Numbered from the stretch's first letter, positions 1 through 10,194 are shown. The stretch: DNA of 63,052 nucleotides from Thermoplasmata archaeon (GCA_030037815.1 JASHPZ010000062.1:1-63052), one strand, 5' to 3'. Program-made: numbers and translations. Notes: generated by a model not told the origin, from the letters alone.

Positions 1-1
1 C

Positions 2-109
2 GCCATCGCGCTCGCCGCGGTCGCGGTCGTCGCGCTCGGGGTCTACCCGCAACCGGTCCTCGGGGCGATCCAGGCCGCCGCGCAGCACTTCGTGCTCACC
101 GGCGCCTGA
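2..109 (+). CDS. 3' end of a membrane-protein gene entering from upstream (partial; NuoN/Mrp-antiporter-like hydrophobic tail)
   Basis: Frame 2 reads ...AIALAAVAVVALGVYPQPVLGAIQAAAQHFVLTGA followed by TGA at 107-109. Third codon positions are GC-rich. The fragment is too short for a firm family call. Confidence 0.35.
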   Translation, partial: AIALAAVAVVALGVYPQPVLGAIQAAAQHFVLTGA

Positions 110-114
110 CGGCG

Positions 115-1215
115 ATGGAGCGGTTCGACGTCGCCGTGGTCGGCGCCGGACCGGCCGGGTCGCTCGCGGCCCGGGCCGCCGCGGAGGGCGGGGCGCGGGT
201 CCTCTTAGTCGACCACCGGCCCGAGCTCGGGCACCCGGTCCAGTGCGGCGAGTTCGTGCCCGCCCCCGAGGAGCTCGCCGACCTGTTCGACGCGGCCGAC
301 GTGATCCGGGCCGCGTACGAGGTCCCGCCGGCCGCCGTGCTCCGCGAGACCCGGTCGATGGCGTGCGTCTCGCCGTATGGCCACCGGTTCCGCTTCCCCC
401 TGCGGGGCGCGACCGTCTCGCGGCGCGCCTTCGACAAGGCGCTCGCCGCCCGCGCCGAGGGCGCGGGCGCGGAGCTCCGGTTCCCCGTCGGGGTGACCGG
501 CGTCCACGGCCACGAGGTCCGGTTCGCGCACGGCGACCCGGTGACGGCGGACGTGGTGGTGGGCGCGGACGGCCCGACCTCGACGGTCGCCCGGTCGGTC
601 GGGTTCCGTCCGGTCCGGACGATGTTCCGCATGATGACGGCGACCGTGGACGGTCCGCTGGACGACGCGATCGACCTCTACTTCGGCCACGCGGCCCCGC
701 ACGGCTACGCCTGGCGGTTCCCGCGGGCGCACGACGTGAACGTCGGGCTCGGCGTGCCCGCGCTCGCCCCCGGGGTCTCCCTCGGCGCCGTCCTGGACCG
801 GTTCCTCGCGGAGGCCCACCTCGGCCCGGCGCGGGAGCGGACCGCCTGGTGGGTCCCCGTCGGGCCGCCGCCCGAGAGCCTGGTCGCGGGGACGGCCGTG
901 TTCGCGGGCGACGCCGCGAACCTCGTGATGGCGACCAACGGCGGCGGCATCCCGACCGCGATGGTCAGCGGCTGGCTGGCGGGACGCGCGGCGGCGGAGC
1001 ACGTCCGCCACGGCATGCCGCTCGCCGCCTACGACCGGGCGTGGCGGGCCGCGCTCTACGCCCCCCTCGCGCGGGCGGCCCGCCTCCAACGGTTCGCGGA
1101 CCGCGTCAGCGCGTTCGACCCGCTCCTGGCGCTAGGGATGCGCTATATCGGCAGCGCCGGTCTCGACGCCATGATGCGGCTCCGGTGGCCCGCCCGGCTG
1201 GGAGGGAACTCGTGA
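115..1215 (+). CDS. Geranylgeranyl reductase family FAD-dependent oxidoreductase (archaeal lipid saturation)
   Basis: ATG at 115. N-terminal dinucleotide-binding motif DVAVVGAGPAGS. CGEFVP and FAGDAANLV motifs are typical of the GGR family. 366-aa ORF with a balanced composition. Confidence 0.85.
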   Translation: MERFDVAVVGAGPAGSLAARAAAEGGARVLLVDHRPELGHPVQCGEFVPAPEELADLFDAADVIRAAYEVPPAAVLRETRSMACVSPYGHRFRFPLRGATVSRRAFDKALAARAEGAGAELRFPVGVTGVHGHEVRFAHGDPVTADVVVGADGPTSTVARSVGFRPVRTMFRMMTATVDGPLDDAIDLYFGHAAPHGYAWRFPRAHDVNVGLGVPALAPGVSLGAVLDRFLAEAHLGPARERTAWWVPVGPPPESLVAGTAVFAGDAANLVMATNGGGIPTAMVSGWLAGRAAAEHVRHGMPLAAYDRAWRAALYAPLARAARLQRFADRVSAFDPLLALGMRYIGSAGLDAMMRLRWPARLGGNS

Positions 1216-2267
1216 CGAGCCCCGCCCCCCCCGAGTCGCAGGAGGCGATGCTCGAGTCGCTCGTCACCCAGACGTTGGGCGCCGAGATGGCCGGGAAGGT
1301 CGCGGAGCTCCTCCCCGTCCTCGTCCACGACCTGAACGACATCGACTGGCGGTTGAGCCAGGTGCTCGGGTCGACGTACGCGCAGCTCACCGAGGCCGCC
1401 CGGTACGCGGTCGCGACCGGCGGGAAGCGGGTCCGCCCGCTGCTCATGTCGGCGGCCTACCGCGCCCTCGGCCACGACGCGGTCCAACCGATCGTGTCGC
1501 TCGCCGCGGCGTTCCAGCTGATCCACACGGCGACCCTCGTGCACGACGACGTCATCGACCACGCCGACACCCGTCGCGGCCGCCTGTCGATGCCGCGCGC
1601 GTTCGGCATCCCGCTCGCGATCGTGTCGGGCGACTACCTGTTCGTGCGGGCGTTCGAACTGGCCGCCGAGTACCCGCAGTCGATCATCCTCCGCTGCGGC
1701 GGCGCCTGCGCCGACCTGGTCGAGGGGGAGGTCCTCCAGGAGGCGTCGCGGTTCGACCTCTCGTCGGGGCGCGAGCACTACTTCCGGGTGGTCGAGCGGA
1801 AGACGTCGGCGATCATCACCGCGGGCCTCGCGTCGGTCGCCGAGATCGGGGGGTCGCCCCCCGCGACCGTGGACGCGCTCGCGACGTACGGCAAATCGCT
1901 CGGCATCGCCTTCCAGATCCGGGACGACCTCCTGGACGTCTACGGCGACCCGGACTTGCTCGGAAAGCCGCTCTACAACGACCTGCGCGAGGGGAACGCG
2001 ACCCTCGTCGGCCTCGAGACGTACGCGCGGTTGGAGGGACGTCGTCAGGCGGAGTTCGAGGAGTTGTTCCAGCTTCGCCGCAAGCGGGCGAAGCACCTCC
2101 TTCGGCTGAAGGAGTTGACGGACCTCGCCGGCGCCGCGAGCGCCGTCCACGCGGAGGCCGAGCGGTGGGCGGACCGGGCGATCCGCGCCCTGGAACCGGT
2201 CCCCCCCGGTCCGTACCGCCAGCTCCTCGAGTGGCTGGCGCACGGGGCCGCCGAGCGGCGGTTCTAG
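1212..2267 (+). CDS. Polyprenyl (geranylgeranyl) diphosphate synthase
   Basis: Two Asp-rich motifs (LVHDDVID and FQIRDDLLD). GTG at 1212 overlaps the upstream TGA (GTGA). An alternative in-frame ATG lies at 1248. The part of track ORF 243..2267 upstream of 1212 is an out-of-frame shadow. Confidence 0.85.
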   Translation: MTSPAPPESQEAMLESLVTQTLGAEMAGKVAELLPVLVHDLNDIDWRLSQVLGSTYAQLTEAARYAVATGGKRVRPLLMSAAYRALGHDAVQPIVSLAAAFQLIHTATLVHDDVIDHADTRRGRLSMPRAFGIPLAIVSGDYLFVRAFELAAEYPQSIILRCGGACADLVEGEVLQEASRFDLSSGREHYFRVVERKTSAIITAGLASVAEIGGSPPATVDALATYGKSLGIAFQIRDDLLDVYGDPDLLGKPLYNDLREGNATLVGLETYARLEGRRQAEFEELFQLRRKRAKHLLRLKELTDLAGAASAVHAEAERWADRAIRALEPVPPGPYRQLLEWLAHGAAERRF

Positions 2268-2337
2268 GCCCGGATGCGCCTGTAACGAAAGGTACATTTC
2301 CCCCCCGGGCGGGTCCGGCGGCGTCCGGACGCCCTCC

Positions 2338-2790
2338 ATGAGCGGTACCTCCTCGGCCTACCCCACGAGCGGCGCCCCGGTCGAGTTCGACCGCCTGCCG
2401 CCGCGGTGGGAGCCGACCCCGGTGCGGCCGCGGCTCCCGATCGGGGTGGCGGTCGTCTCGGTGCTGATCGCGCTCCTCGGTCTCGGGATGCTGCTCGCCG
2501 GCCTCCTGTTCCTCCTGAGCCAGTTCCTCGGGCCGGTCGTGCCGACGTCGCTCGAGTTCTTCCAGTCGATCGACCTCTACGGGGCGGGGATCCTCGCGGT
2601 CGTCGGCGCGCTCTTCCTCGCGATCGCGACCGCGCTCTGGCGCCAGGAGACGTGGGCGCTCTGGACGACGATCGTCTTGGTGTTCGCGACCACGGCGTAC
2701 CTGTTCTTCACCGGCTCGATCACCGTCCTGTTCCTGCTCCTGGTCGTCCTGTTCGTGTACCTTTTGGCCGTCCGTCGATACTTCTACTGA
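2338..2790 (+). CDS. Hypothetical integral membrane protein (about 4 TM helices)
   Basis: 150-aa ORF with four long hydrophobic stretches and GC-rich third codon positions. I recognised no family motif. Confidence 0.6.
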   Translation: MSGTSSAYPTSGAPVEFDRLPPRWEPTPVRPRLPIGVAVVSVLIALLGLGMLLAGLLFLLSQFLGPVVPTSLEFFQSIDLYGAGILAVVGALFLAIATALWRQETWALWTTIVLVFATTAYLFFTGSITVLFLLLVVLFVYLLAVRRYFY

Positions 2791-3611
2791 TGCGCGTCGC
2801 GCTCGCCCAGCTCGCCCCCGTCCCGGGCGACGTGGCGGCGAACGTCGCGCGGGTGGCGGAGGTCGTCCGCGCCGCGCCCGCCGACTTGGCGGTCTTTCCG
2901 GAACTGTTCCTCTCCGGGTACCGGGTCGGCGACCGGATCCACGGGCTCGCGCTCCGGCCGGACGACGGACCGACCGAGTCGCTGCGCGCGGTCGCGCGGG
3001 AGACGGGCACCGCGGTCGTGGTCGGCGCCCCCGTGGTCTCTCCGGATCGCCCCGGGGAGCTCCTGAACGCGGCGCTCGCGGTCGCGCCGACCGGCGCGGT
3101 CGCGGTCCAGCCGAAGCGGTACCTCCCGACGTTCGGCCCGTTCGAGGAGGGGGTCCCGTTCACCCCGACCGACGCGAGCGCCCCGGTCGCCGTCGGGACG
3201 ACGCGGGTCGGCCTCGAGATCTGCTACGACGCGTTCTTCCCCGAGGTGTCGCGCGACTTGGCGCTCGGCGGCGCCGCCCTCCTCGTCGTGGTCAGCGCGT
3301 CGCCCGTCACGAGCCGCCGCCTGTTCGAACGACTCCTCCCGGCCCGCGCGATCGAGAACGGCCTGCCGGCGCTCTACGTGAACCGGGTCGGCGTGGAAGA
3401 CGGGGTCGTCTTCGGCGGCGGTTCGGGCGCCTGGGACGTCCGCGGCGAACCGATCGAGGAGGAGACGGTCCCCGGCCACCGGCTCGCGCCCGAGGAGTCG
3501 GTGACGCGGGTGGACGTGGACCTCGCGGAGCCGGCGCGCTGGCGCCCGTTCCGGCCGGTGCTCCGGGACGTCGCGACGCGACCGGCGCCGTCGCCCGCCC
3601 GCGGCGCCTGA
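2790..3611 (+). CDS. Carbon-nitrogen hydrolase (nitrilase superfamily)
   Basis: ATG at 2790 shares one base with the upstream TGA (TGATG). The Glu-Lys-Cys triad contexts are FPELFLSGY, QPKRYLP and GLEICYD. Confidence 0.8.
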   Translation: MRVALAQLAPVPGDVAANVARVAEVVRAAPADLAVFPELFLSGYRVGDRIHGLALRPDDGPTESLRAVARETGTAVVVGAPVVSPDRPGELLNAALAVAPTGAVAVQPKRYLPTFGPFEEGVPFTPTDASAPVAVGTTRVGLEICYDAFFPEVSRDLALGGAALLVVVSASPVTSRRLFERLLPARAIENGLPALYVNRVGVEDGVVFGGGSGAWDVRGEPIEEETVPGHRLAPEESVTRVDVDLAEPARWRPFRPVLRDVATRPAPSPARGA

Positions 3612-3615
3612 CCGG

Positions 3616-3630
3616 CGTTCGACTCGAACG
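3616..3630. promoter_or_regulatory. Perfect 7+1+7 palindrome CGTTCGA-C-TCGAACG between the nitrilase-family gene and top6B
   Basis: Read directly from the sequence. It lies 5 nt after the upstream stop and 6 nt before a TATA-like GTTATA. It could be an operator or a terminator stem. Confidence 0.3.
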
Positions 3631-3635
3631 CGGGT

Positions 3636-3641
3636 GTTATA
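3636..3641 (+). promoter_or_regulatory. TATA-like element (GTTATA) for top6B; spacing implies a leaderless mRNA
   Basis: This AT-rich hexamer in a GC-rich context is centred about 28 nt upstream of the GTG at 3667. Confidence 0.4.
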
Positions 3642-3666
3642 GCGGCCGCCCGTCCCGTAACGCGCG

Positions 3667-5688
3667 GTGCCGCCGCCCCCGACGATCGCGCAGCAGCTCG
3701 CGGCGAAGCAACGGGAGATCTCGGTCGCGGAGTTCTTCGAGCGGAACCGCCAGATCCTCGGGTTCGACAACCCGCAGCGGGCGCTCCTCACCACCGTGAA
3801 GGAGTGCGTCGACAACTCCTCCGACGCGAGCGAGGAGGCCGGGATCCTGCCCGAGATCCTGGTCGAGATCGCGAAGGAGTCCGAGGAGCGACTTCGGGTC
3901 GCCGTCACGGACAACGGGCCGGGGATCCTCCGCAAGGAGATCCCGAACGTCTTCGCCCGCCTGCTCTACGGCTCCCGATTCCACTCGAACCGCCAGGCGC
4001 GCGGACAGCAGGGGATCGGGGTCAGCGCCGCGGTCCTCTACGCGAACCTCACGACCGCGCGGCCCGCCCACATCACGTCCAAGGTCGAGGAGGAGGAGGC
4101 CGCCCACGTGCTCGACCTCGTCATCGACACCCAGAAGAACCAGCCGCGGGTCGTCTCCGAGGACGTCGTCCTCTGGGACCGGCCCCACGGCACGAAGGTC
4201 GAGCTCGTCATCAAGGCGCGGTACACCCGCGGCCGGCAGTCGCCCCTCGAGTACCTGCGGGGGACGGCGATCGTCAACCCGCACGCGCGGGTCGTCTTCG
4301 TCGAGCCGGACGGGACCCGCACGACGTTCGAGCGCGCCTCCACCGACCTCCCGCCCGCGGCGAAGGAGACCCTCCCGCACCCGTACGGGCTCGAGCTCGG
4401 GGAGCTCGGCTACCTGCTCAAGTCGACCCGCCGCCCGACCCTCGGTGAGTTCCTCGCGAAGGACCTGCAAGGGGTGAGCGCCCGCGCGGCGAAGGAGCTG
4501 CTCGCGAGCTCGGGACTGCCGGCCTCGACCGCCCCCGCGTCGGTCCAGGCCGAGCGCCAGGAACGGCTCCTGGCGGCGCTCCACGCGGCGCCGCTGGTCG
4601 CGCCGTCGGCCGACTGCCTCTCCCCGATCGGCGCGATGCTGATCAAGCGCGGCCTGCGGAACGTCCTCGGCGACCTCCGCCCCGAGTTCTTCGCTCCGCC
4701 GGTGAGCCGCCCGCCGAAGGTCCGAGCGGGATTCCCGTTCATGGTCGAGGTCGGGCTCGTCTACGGCGGGGGGCTCCCGCCGGACCAGCCGATCCAGATC
4801 CTCCGGTTCGCCAACCGGGTCCCGCTCCTGTTCCAGCAGGGGGCGTGCGCGATCACGAACGCGATCTGCGCGATGGACTGGCGGCGGTACGGGCTCGACC
4901 AGAAGGGCGGCTCGGGGCTTCCGTCCGGACCCGCGCTGATCCTCGTCCACGTCGCCTCGACGAAAGTGCCGTTCACGAGCGAGGCGAAGGAGGCGGTCGC
5001 CGAGGACCCGGACCTCGACAAGGAACTGACGCTCGCCCTCCAGGCGGCGGCCCGCCACCTGCGAACGCACCTCTCGCGAAAGAGCCGACGCGACTTCGCG
5101 GGCGAGAAGTTCGAGATCATCGGGCGGATCCTGCCGAAGCTCGCCGAGAAGACGAGCCGTCTGGTGGGGAAGCCGACCCCGGACCTGACGCCCGTGATCA
5201 CGCGCATCATGGACGTCGTGAACGTCGAGACGAAGGTCGCCCCGGACGCGAAGCAGGTCGAGGTCGGCGTCGACATCACGAACTACACGCCGCGCGCCCG
5301 CGTCCTCGAGGTGTTCGTCGAGATGCCGCCCGAACTCCTCCCGCTCGCGACCCACGCCCCCGCGCCCGACGGTTCGGACCCGGCGCTCGGTCGGGTCTGG
5401 TGGACGCTGCCGAAGCTCGGGCCGAACGGCCGGACCCGCCTCGCCATCACGCTCCCCCCGAAGACCGACGTCGAGGCGAACGACCTCGACTGGTACGTCG
5501 CCGGCGTGGACGAGGCGCACCTCCTGGGCGCCGACCCCCTGCCCGGCGACTGGGACGTCCGACTGCCGCGGACGATCGTCGAGGCGGCGGAGGCCGCGGC
5601 GGCCGAGGAGGCCGCCGGGGGCGGGACGGAGGAGGAGGTCGATTACGATGCCGCCGAAGCGGGCGAAGGTCGCGCCGACGAAGAGTGA
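3667..5688 (+). CDS. top6B: DNA topoisomerase VI subunit B
   Basis: GHKL ATPase N-terminus ([23 protein letters not shown]). 673 aa. Directly followed by, and overlapping, top6A. Confidence 0.92.
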   Translation: MPPPPTIAQQLAAKQREISVAEFFERNRQILGFDNPQRALLTTVKECVDNSSDASEEAGILPEILVEIAKESEERLRVAVTDNGPGILRKEIPNVFARLLYGSRFHSNRQARGQQGIGVSAAVLYANLTTARPAHITSKVEEEEAAHVLDLVIDTQKNQPRVVSEDVVLWDRPHGTKVELVIKARYTRGRQSPLEYLRGTAIVNPHARVVFVEPDGTRTTFERASTDLPPAAKETLPHPYGLELGELGYLLKSTRRPTLGEFLAKDLQGVSARAAKELLASSGLPASTAPASVQAERQERLLAALHAAPLVAPSADCLSPIGAMLIKRGLRNVLGDLRPEFFAPPVSRPPKVRAGFPFMVEVGLVYGGGLPPDQPIQILRFANRVPLLFQQGACAITNAICAMDWRRYGLDQKGGSGLPSGPALILVHVASTKVPFTSEAKEAVAEDPDLDKELTLALQAAARHLRTHLSRKSRRDFAGEKFEIIGRILPKLAEKTSRLVGKPTPDLTPVITRIMDVVNVETKVAPDAKQVEVGVDITNYTPRARVLEVFVEMPPELLPLATHAPAPDGSDPALGRVWWTLPKLGPNGRTRLAITLPPKTDVEANDLDWYVAGVDEAHLLGADPLPGDWDVRLPRTIVEAAEAAAAEEAAGGGTEEEVDYDAAEAGEGRADEE

Positions 5689-6787
5689 GGACGACCTCCC
5701 GAAGGTCCGGGCGGACGCGCTCGCCCCGACCCTCGAATTGGCCGGCCAGATCTACGAACAGCTCGACCGCGGCGAGATCCCGCGGATGCGGCTTCCGCTC
5801 CGGACGAAGCAGAACCTCGCGTTCCAGATGCGGGAGGGCGTCTGGAAGCTCGGCAAGCAGATGGGCACGCGGAGCGCGCGCAAGCTCGACGGCGCGCTGA
5901 TGCTCCTCCGGACGTTCTACCTGGTCGACTTCATCAACGAGATGTCCCGCGACCGGAAGACGTCGACCTTGCGGGAGCTCTACTACATCTCGGAGGCGTG
6001 GGAGGACGCGAAGTTCCACAGCGAGGACGAGTCGAACCTCCTCATCGAGGACCTGGAGGTGATGTGCACCCGACTCCGCGAGGACTTCCGCCTCCATCCC
6101 GAAGAGAACGGCGCCTCCGTCATCGGCGACCTGACGATCAAGGAGCGGAACCGCAAGGGGATCGTCAAGAAGATCAACTGCCGGGACGACGTCGGCGACG
6201 GCGGCTACTCGCTGCCGTTCAACGTCGAGAAGGAGAAGATCGAGTTCGTCGGGACGAACGCGAAGTTCGTCATCGCGATCGAGTGCGGCGGCATGGTCGA
6301 CCGCCTCGCGGAGAACAACTTCGACGAGGAGCAGGAGGCGATCCTGCTCCACCTGAAGGGCCAGCCGGCGCGCTCGACCCGGCGGTTCCTGAAGCGGGTC
6401 TCGGAGGAGCTCAAGCTGCCGGTCGTCGTCTTCACCGACGGCGACCCCTGGTCGTTCCGCATCTTCGCGAGCGTCGCCTACGGGGCGATCAAGACCGCCC
6501 ACCTCTCGAACTACCTCGCGACCCCGAGCGCGGAGTTCCTCGGCGTCACCGCCTCCGACATCGAGAACTACGAGCTCCCGTCCGACAAGCTCTCCGAGCA
6601 GGACGTCCGCGCGCTCCAGGCCGAGCTGACCGACCCCCGGTTCGGCACGGCCGAGTGGCGAAGCGAGATCGAACTGATGCTGAAGAACGGGCGGAAGGCG
6701 GAGCAGCAGTCGCTCGCAAAGTACGGGCTCAACTACGTGACCGAGCACTACTTGCCGGAAAAGCTGACCGAGATGGGGATCCTGTAG
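5648..6787 (+). CDS. top6A: DNA topoisomerase VI subunit A (Spo11 family)
   Basis: The LRELYYISE context holds the catalytic Tyr. The Toprim region reads IAIECGGM...[14 protein letters not shown]. The ATG at 5648 overlaps the top6B 3' end by 41 nt. Confidence 0.9.
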   Translation: MPPKRAKVAPTKSEDDLPKVRADALAPTLELAGQIYEQLDRGEIPRMRLPLRTKQNLAFQMREGVWKLGKQMGTRSARKLDGALMLLRTFYLVDFINEMSRDRKTSTLRELYYISEAWEDAKFHSEDESNLLIEDLEVMCTRLREDFRLHPEENGASVIGDLTIKERNRKGIVKKINCRDDVGDGGYSLPFNVEKEKIEFVGTNAKFVIAIECGGMVDRLAENNFDEEQEAILLHLKGQPARSTRRFLKRVSEELKLPVVVFTDGDPWSFRIFASVAYGAIKTAHLSNYLATPSAEFLGVTASDIENYELPSDKLSEQDVRALQAELTDPRFGTAEWRSEIELMLKNGRKAEQQSLAKYGLNYVTEHYLPEKLTEMGIL

Positions 6788-6868
6788 CGGCGGCGCGCCG
6801 GTCCCCCGCGCGCGGGCGCGCCGCGCCCACGCGCCGCCCGTAGCCTCGTACCGCGGCGCCGAGCGAAG

Positions 6869-6877
6869 GTTTTAGAA
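6869..6877 (+). promoter_or_regulatory. TATA-like element (GTTTTAGAA) upstream of the aquaporin gene
   Basis: AT-rich island centred about 28 nt upstream of the ATG at 6901. Confidence 0.4.
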
Positions 6878-6900
6878 CGCGCCCGAACTCCCCGCCCCCG

Positions 6901-7635
6901 ATGGCGTGGTCGATGGGTCAACGGTTGCTCGCGGAGTTCGTCGGAACGTTCGGCCTCCTGGTCGCGATCACGGGCGCGGCCCTGCTCACGTTCGAGGGGG
7001 TCACGTACGACCGCGTCCTGCTGCTCAGCCTGTCGCTCGGGTTCGGCGTGCTCGGGATGATTTACGCGTTCGGCGACGTCTCGGGCGCCCACTTCAATCC
7101 GGCAGTGACGGTCGCGATGGTCGTCTCGGGCCGCACGAAAGTGATGGACGGCATCGGCTACATCATCGCGCAGCTGGTCGGCGGGATCGTCGGCGTCGCG
7201 ACGGTCGCGGGCGTCGCGTACGGCTACTCGCCCCTCTGGTCCGCCGTGACCGGCTCGGGCGTCGCGCTCGCGGCGCAAGGGTACAGCGGCAACGGCTCGC
7301 CGTACCTCGTGTCAATGGGCTCGGTGTTCCTCCTCGAGGTCGCGATGACGTTCTTCCTCGTGGTCGTCATCCTTCTCGCGACCCGTTCGGACGGGTTCGC
7401 GAAGAACCTCGCCCCCGTCGGCATCGCGCTCACGCTCGCGATGACGAACCTGATCGCGATCCCGATCGACGGCGCCTCCGTCAACCCGGCCCGCAGCTTC
7501 GCGCCCGCGGTGCTCTCCTACGCGTTCTCGGGAGACCACTGGGCGCTCCAGCAGGACTGGCTGTTCTGGGTCGCGCCGATCGTCGGCGGCCTGATCGCGG
7601 CGCTCGTCGAGCGGGCGATGCGTCCGAAGCCCTAG
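6901..7635 (+). CDS. MIP-family aquaporin/glycerol channel
   Basis: Two NPA boxes (GAHFNPAVT and ASVNPARSF) and six hydrophobic segments. 244 aa. Confidence 0.9.
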   Translation: MAWSMGQRLLAEFVGTFGLLVAITGAALLTFEGVTYDRVLLLSLSLGFGVLGMIYAFGDVSGAHFNPAVTVAMVVSGRTKVMDGIGYIIAQLVGGIVGVATVAGVAYGYSPLWSAVTGSGVALAAQGYSGNGSPYLVSMGSVFLLEVAMTFFLVVVILLATRSDGFAKNLAPVGIALTLAMTNLIAIPIDGASVNPARSFAPAVLSYAFSGDHWALQQDWLFWVAPIVGGLIAALVERAMRPKP

Positions 7636-7641
7636 CCGCCC

Positions 7642-8058
7642 CTACGCGATCCCGAGGGCCGCGTAGCCGGCGGGCGTGAGCACGCGCTCCGCGCGGTCGG
7701 TCGGCGCGTAGACGAGCGTGCCGTTCGGGCCCGCCGCCCGACGGAACGGGACTCCCTGCTCCCGAAACTCCGCGGGCTCGGCTGCGACCTCGACGACCGG
7801 TTCCGTCCGGCGGGGCGGGACCGTCGACCCATCCCGGGCGATCGCGAGGACGTCGTGCGCGGCGTCGAGGACGACCCAGGCATGGGGGACCACGAGCCGC
7901 AGGTGGACGAGCTTCGGCCGGAACCGGCTCTCCGTTTCGGTCTCCGTGCGCGAGAACACCGCGTACGCGGCGCCGTCGAGCTCCGCGAGCCGCTCGAATT
8001 GGAACGCCCGCTGCCGGAACTCGAGCACGTTCACTTCGAGGTCGGCCGCGTCGAGCAC
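7642..8058 (-). CDS. Hypothetical protein
   Basis: 138-aa ORF with a GTG start, balanced composition and strong GC3 bias in this frame. The competing + strand ORFs are Ser/Thr/Arg-rich junk. Confidence 0.55.
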   Translation of the reverse strand: MLDAADLEVNVLEFRQRAFQFERLAELDGAAYAVFSRTETETESRFRPKLVHLRLVVPHAWVVLDAAHDVLAIARDGSTVPPRRTEPVVEVAAEPAEFREQGVPFRRAAGPNGTLVYAPTDRAERVLTPAGYAALGIA

Positions 8059-8141
8059 CGCCGGCGGAGCCGGGCGCGCTAGATAACGGGCGGGGGCACT
8101 GGCACCCCAATCGGATTAAGCGCCGCCCGGCTCCGACCGGC

Positions 8142-8840
8142 ATGACCCAGCGTCCCTCCCCGGCGGACGACCTCGCGCGGTGGACCACCGTCGACCGGTA
8201 CTACGAAGACGCCCTCGCCCCGGAGGACCCCGTCCTCGAGGAGACGCTGCGGACGAGCCATGCGGCCGGCCTGCCGGAGATCCAGGTCTCCCCGCTGCAA
8301 GGCCGGCTCCTCCACCTGCTCGCCCGCGCGGTCGGCGCGCGGCGCATCCTCGAGGTCGGCACGCTCGGCGGCTACAGCGCGATCTGGCTCGGGCGGGCAC
8401 TCCCGCCGGACGGCCGCCTGCTCTCCCTCGAGCTGGAACCCCGGCACGCCGAGGTCGCCCGGGCGAACCTCGCCCGGGCCGGGCTCGCGGAACGGGCGGA
8501 GGTTCGCGTCGGGCCTGCCGCGGAGTCGCTCACCGCGCTGCGGCGCGCGTCGACGCCGGCGTTCGACGTGGTGTTCATCGACGCGGACAAGGTGGGCTAC
8601 CCAGAGTACCTCGAAGGAGCAATCGCGCTCTCGCGACGCGGCACTCTGATCGTCGCGGACAACGTCGTCCGACGCGGGGACGTCGCGGATGCGTCGTCGT
8701 CCGATGCCCAGGTGCAGGGGGTCCGACGGATGAACGAGCGGATCGCCCACGACCCCCGCCTGTTCGCGACCGCGATCCAGACGGTCGGGTCGAAGGGGTA
8801 CGACGGCTTCTCCGCCGCGCTTGTCGTCGCGGACCCGTGA
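8142..8840 (+). CDS. Class I SAM-dependent O-methyltransferase (family 3, caffeoyl-CoA OMT-like)
   Basis: SAM-binding motif ILEVGTLGGYSAIWL, then VVFIDADK and a C-terminal GYDGF. Confidence 0.8.
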   Translation: MTQRPSPADDLARWTTVDRYYEDALAPEDPVLEETLRTSHAAGLPEIQVSPLQGRLLHLLARAVGARRILEVGTLGGYSAIWLGRALPPDGRLLSLELEPRHAEVARANLARAGLAERAEVRVGPAAESLTALRRASTPAFDVVFIDADKVGYPEYLEGAIALSRRGTLIVADNVVRRGDVADASSSDAQVQGVRRMNERIAHDPRLFATAIQTVGSKGYDGFSAALVVADP

Positions 8841-8890
8841 GCCGACCGCCCGGTTTCTCTCGACCGGGGCGCTCCCGTCGGGGGAACGCT

Positions 8891-8896
8891 TTTAAA
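8891..8896 (+). promoter_or_regulatory. TATA-like element (TTTAAA) upstream of the eL41 ORF
   Basis: It is the only AT hexamer in the intergenic region, 39-44 nt upstream of the ATG at 8935. Confidence 0.35.
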
Positions 8897-8934
8897 CGAC
8901 CTACCCTAGGCGCGCGCGTTCGGGCGCTGAGGGA

Positions 8935-9042
8935 ATGAAACGCTCCTCGCGGGTTTGGAAGAAGCGCGGCCACATGCGCTGGAAGTGGCGCAAGAAGCGG
9001 ATGCGCCGCCGCATGCGGGCCCAGAAGATGCGCAAGCAGTGA
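8935..9042 (+). CDS. rpl41e: Ribosomal protein eL41 (L41e)
   Basis: Hand translation gives [35 protein letters not shown]. This is the extremely basic [11 protein letters not shown] signature of eL41. At 35 aa it is below the ORF-track cutoff. Confidence 0.75.
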   Translation: MKRSSRVWKKRGHMRWKWRKKRMRRRMRAQKMRKQ

Positions 9043-9088
9043 GGGCCGTCCCGCAGAACGGGTCGGCCGTCGAACCCATTCCTCCGCG

Positions 9089-9313
9089 TTACCGACCGAG
9101 GCGCGCGAGCGTCCGCGACTCCTTGGTCGCCTTCTTCCACTCACGGTAATGCTCCCGGCACAGCGGGGCGCGCCGCCCCTTCTCGGGGAGGTTCGGGAAC
9201 CCCTTGGCTGCCTCGACCAGCGCGAGGTGACGCACGCTCGGCGCCCCGCACCCCGGCACGATGCACGGCTCGACCTCGGGCGGGTCGGCCGGTCCGGACG
9301 ACTCCGGGCTCAT
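9089..9313 (-). CDS. Small Cys/His-containing protein (putative zinc-binding), translationally coupled to sucD
   Basis: 74 aa: [29 protein letters not shown]...[12 protein letters not shown]. Its ATG overlaps the sucD stop (ATGA at 9310-9313). GC3 bias is good. It ends with TAA. Confidence 0.6.
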   Translation of the reverse strand: MSPESSGPADPPEVEPCIVPGCGAPSVRHLALVEAAKGFPNLPEKGRRAPLCREHYREWKKATKESRTLARLGR

Positions 9314-10194
9314 CGGCGGCCCGGCGCCCGGGCGATCTCGGCGACCATATCCGGGATCTCGTACGGGAACCGGGCGACGTGCGCCCCCGCACGCTCGAGC
9401 GCGGCCAGCTTCGACTCGGCGGTGCCGCGTCCCCGGGTGATGATCGCGCCGGCGTGGCCCATCCGCTTGCCCGGCGGAGCCGAGCGACCGGCGATGTAGG
9501 CGACCACGGGCTTGTGCACGTGGTGGCGGATGTACTCGGCCGCGTCCTCCTCCCCCGTGCCGCCGATCTCGCCGACCAGGACGATCAGGTCGGTCTCGGG
9601 GTCGGACTCGAACAGGGGGAGCGCGTCCACGAACGACGTCCCGACGACCGGGTCGCCGCCGAGTCCGATGCACGTCGACTGGCCGAGCCCGTGCTCCTTG
9701 ATGCCGTTCACGATCTCGTAGGTGAGCGTTCCGCTCCGCGAGATCACGCCGACCCGCCCCGGGCGGAACACGACGTTCGGGATGATCCCGACCTTCGCCT
9801 TCCCGGGCGACGCGATCCCCGGACAATTGGGCCCGATGATGCGCGACCCCTTCGAACGGGCGTAGTGGTACATCACGAGCATGTCGTGGAATGGGATGTG
9901 CTCGGTGACGACCGTCGCGAGGGTGAGGCCCGCATCGACCGCCTCGAGGAGCGCGTCCTTCGCGAACGGAGCCGGCACGAAGATGCAGCTCGCATTCGCG
10001 CCGGTCTTTTCCACCGCGTCCCGGACCGAGTCGAACACCGGGACGCCTTCCACGTCCGTGCCGGCCTTCCCGGGCGTCACGCCGGCGACCACCTGGGTGC
10101 CGAACTCCCGCATCTGCCGGGCGTGGACGGTGCCCTGATGCCCGGTGATCCCCTGGACGACGACGCGGGTGTCGCGGTCGACGAGGACGCTCAT
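9310..10194 (-). CDS. sucD: Succinyl-CoA synthetase subunit alpha
   Basis: [21 protein letters not shown]... and the phosphohistidine loop MGHAGAII. The start overlaps the sucC stop (ATGA). Confidence 0.93.
   Translation of the reverse strand: MSVLVDRDTRVVVQGITGHQGTVHARQMREFGTQVVAGVTPGKAGTDVEGVPVFDSVRDAVEKTGANASCIFVPAPFAKDALLEAVDAGLTLATVVTEHIPFHDMLVMYHYARSKGSRIIGPNCPGIASPGKAKVGIIPNVVFRPGRVGVISRSGTLTYEIVNGIKEHGLGQSTCIGLGGDPVVGTSFVDALPLFESDPETDLIVLVGEIGGTGEEDAAEYIRHHVHKPVVAYIAGRSAPPGKRMGHAGAIITRGRGTAESKLAALERAGAHVARFPYEIPDMVAEIARAPGRR

Noticed and set aside
243-1211. N-terminal 323 codons of track ORF 243..2267, and likewise the upstream parts of ORFs 2406..3611, 11419..13623, 16179..17264, 18253..18984, 18678..19529, 20825..21880, 21094..22257, 53115..54422, 55270..57810, 59093..60907 and 60190..62079.
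   Set aside because: In each case the upstream portion overlaps the preceding gene out of frame and is Arg/Pro/Gly-rich. The recognisable domain begins at an internal ATG/GTG that abuts or overlaps the previous stop.
3637-5520. 627-aa minus-strand ORF opposite top6B, and similar ORFs at 5447..6748 opposite top6A and 1143..2339 opposite the polyprenyl synthase.
   Set aside because: These are antisense shadows with extremely Arg/Glu/Asp/Leu-rich translations. The sense genes are unambiguous.
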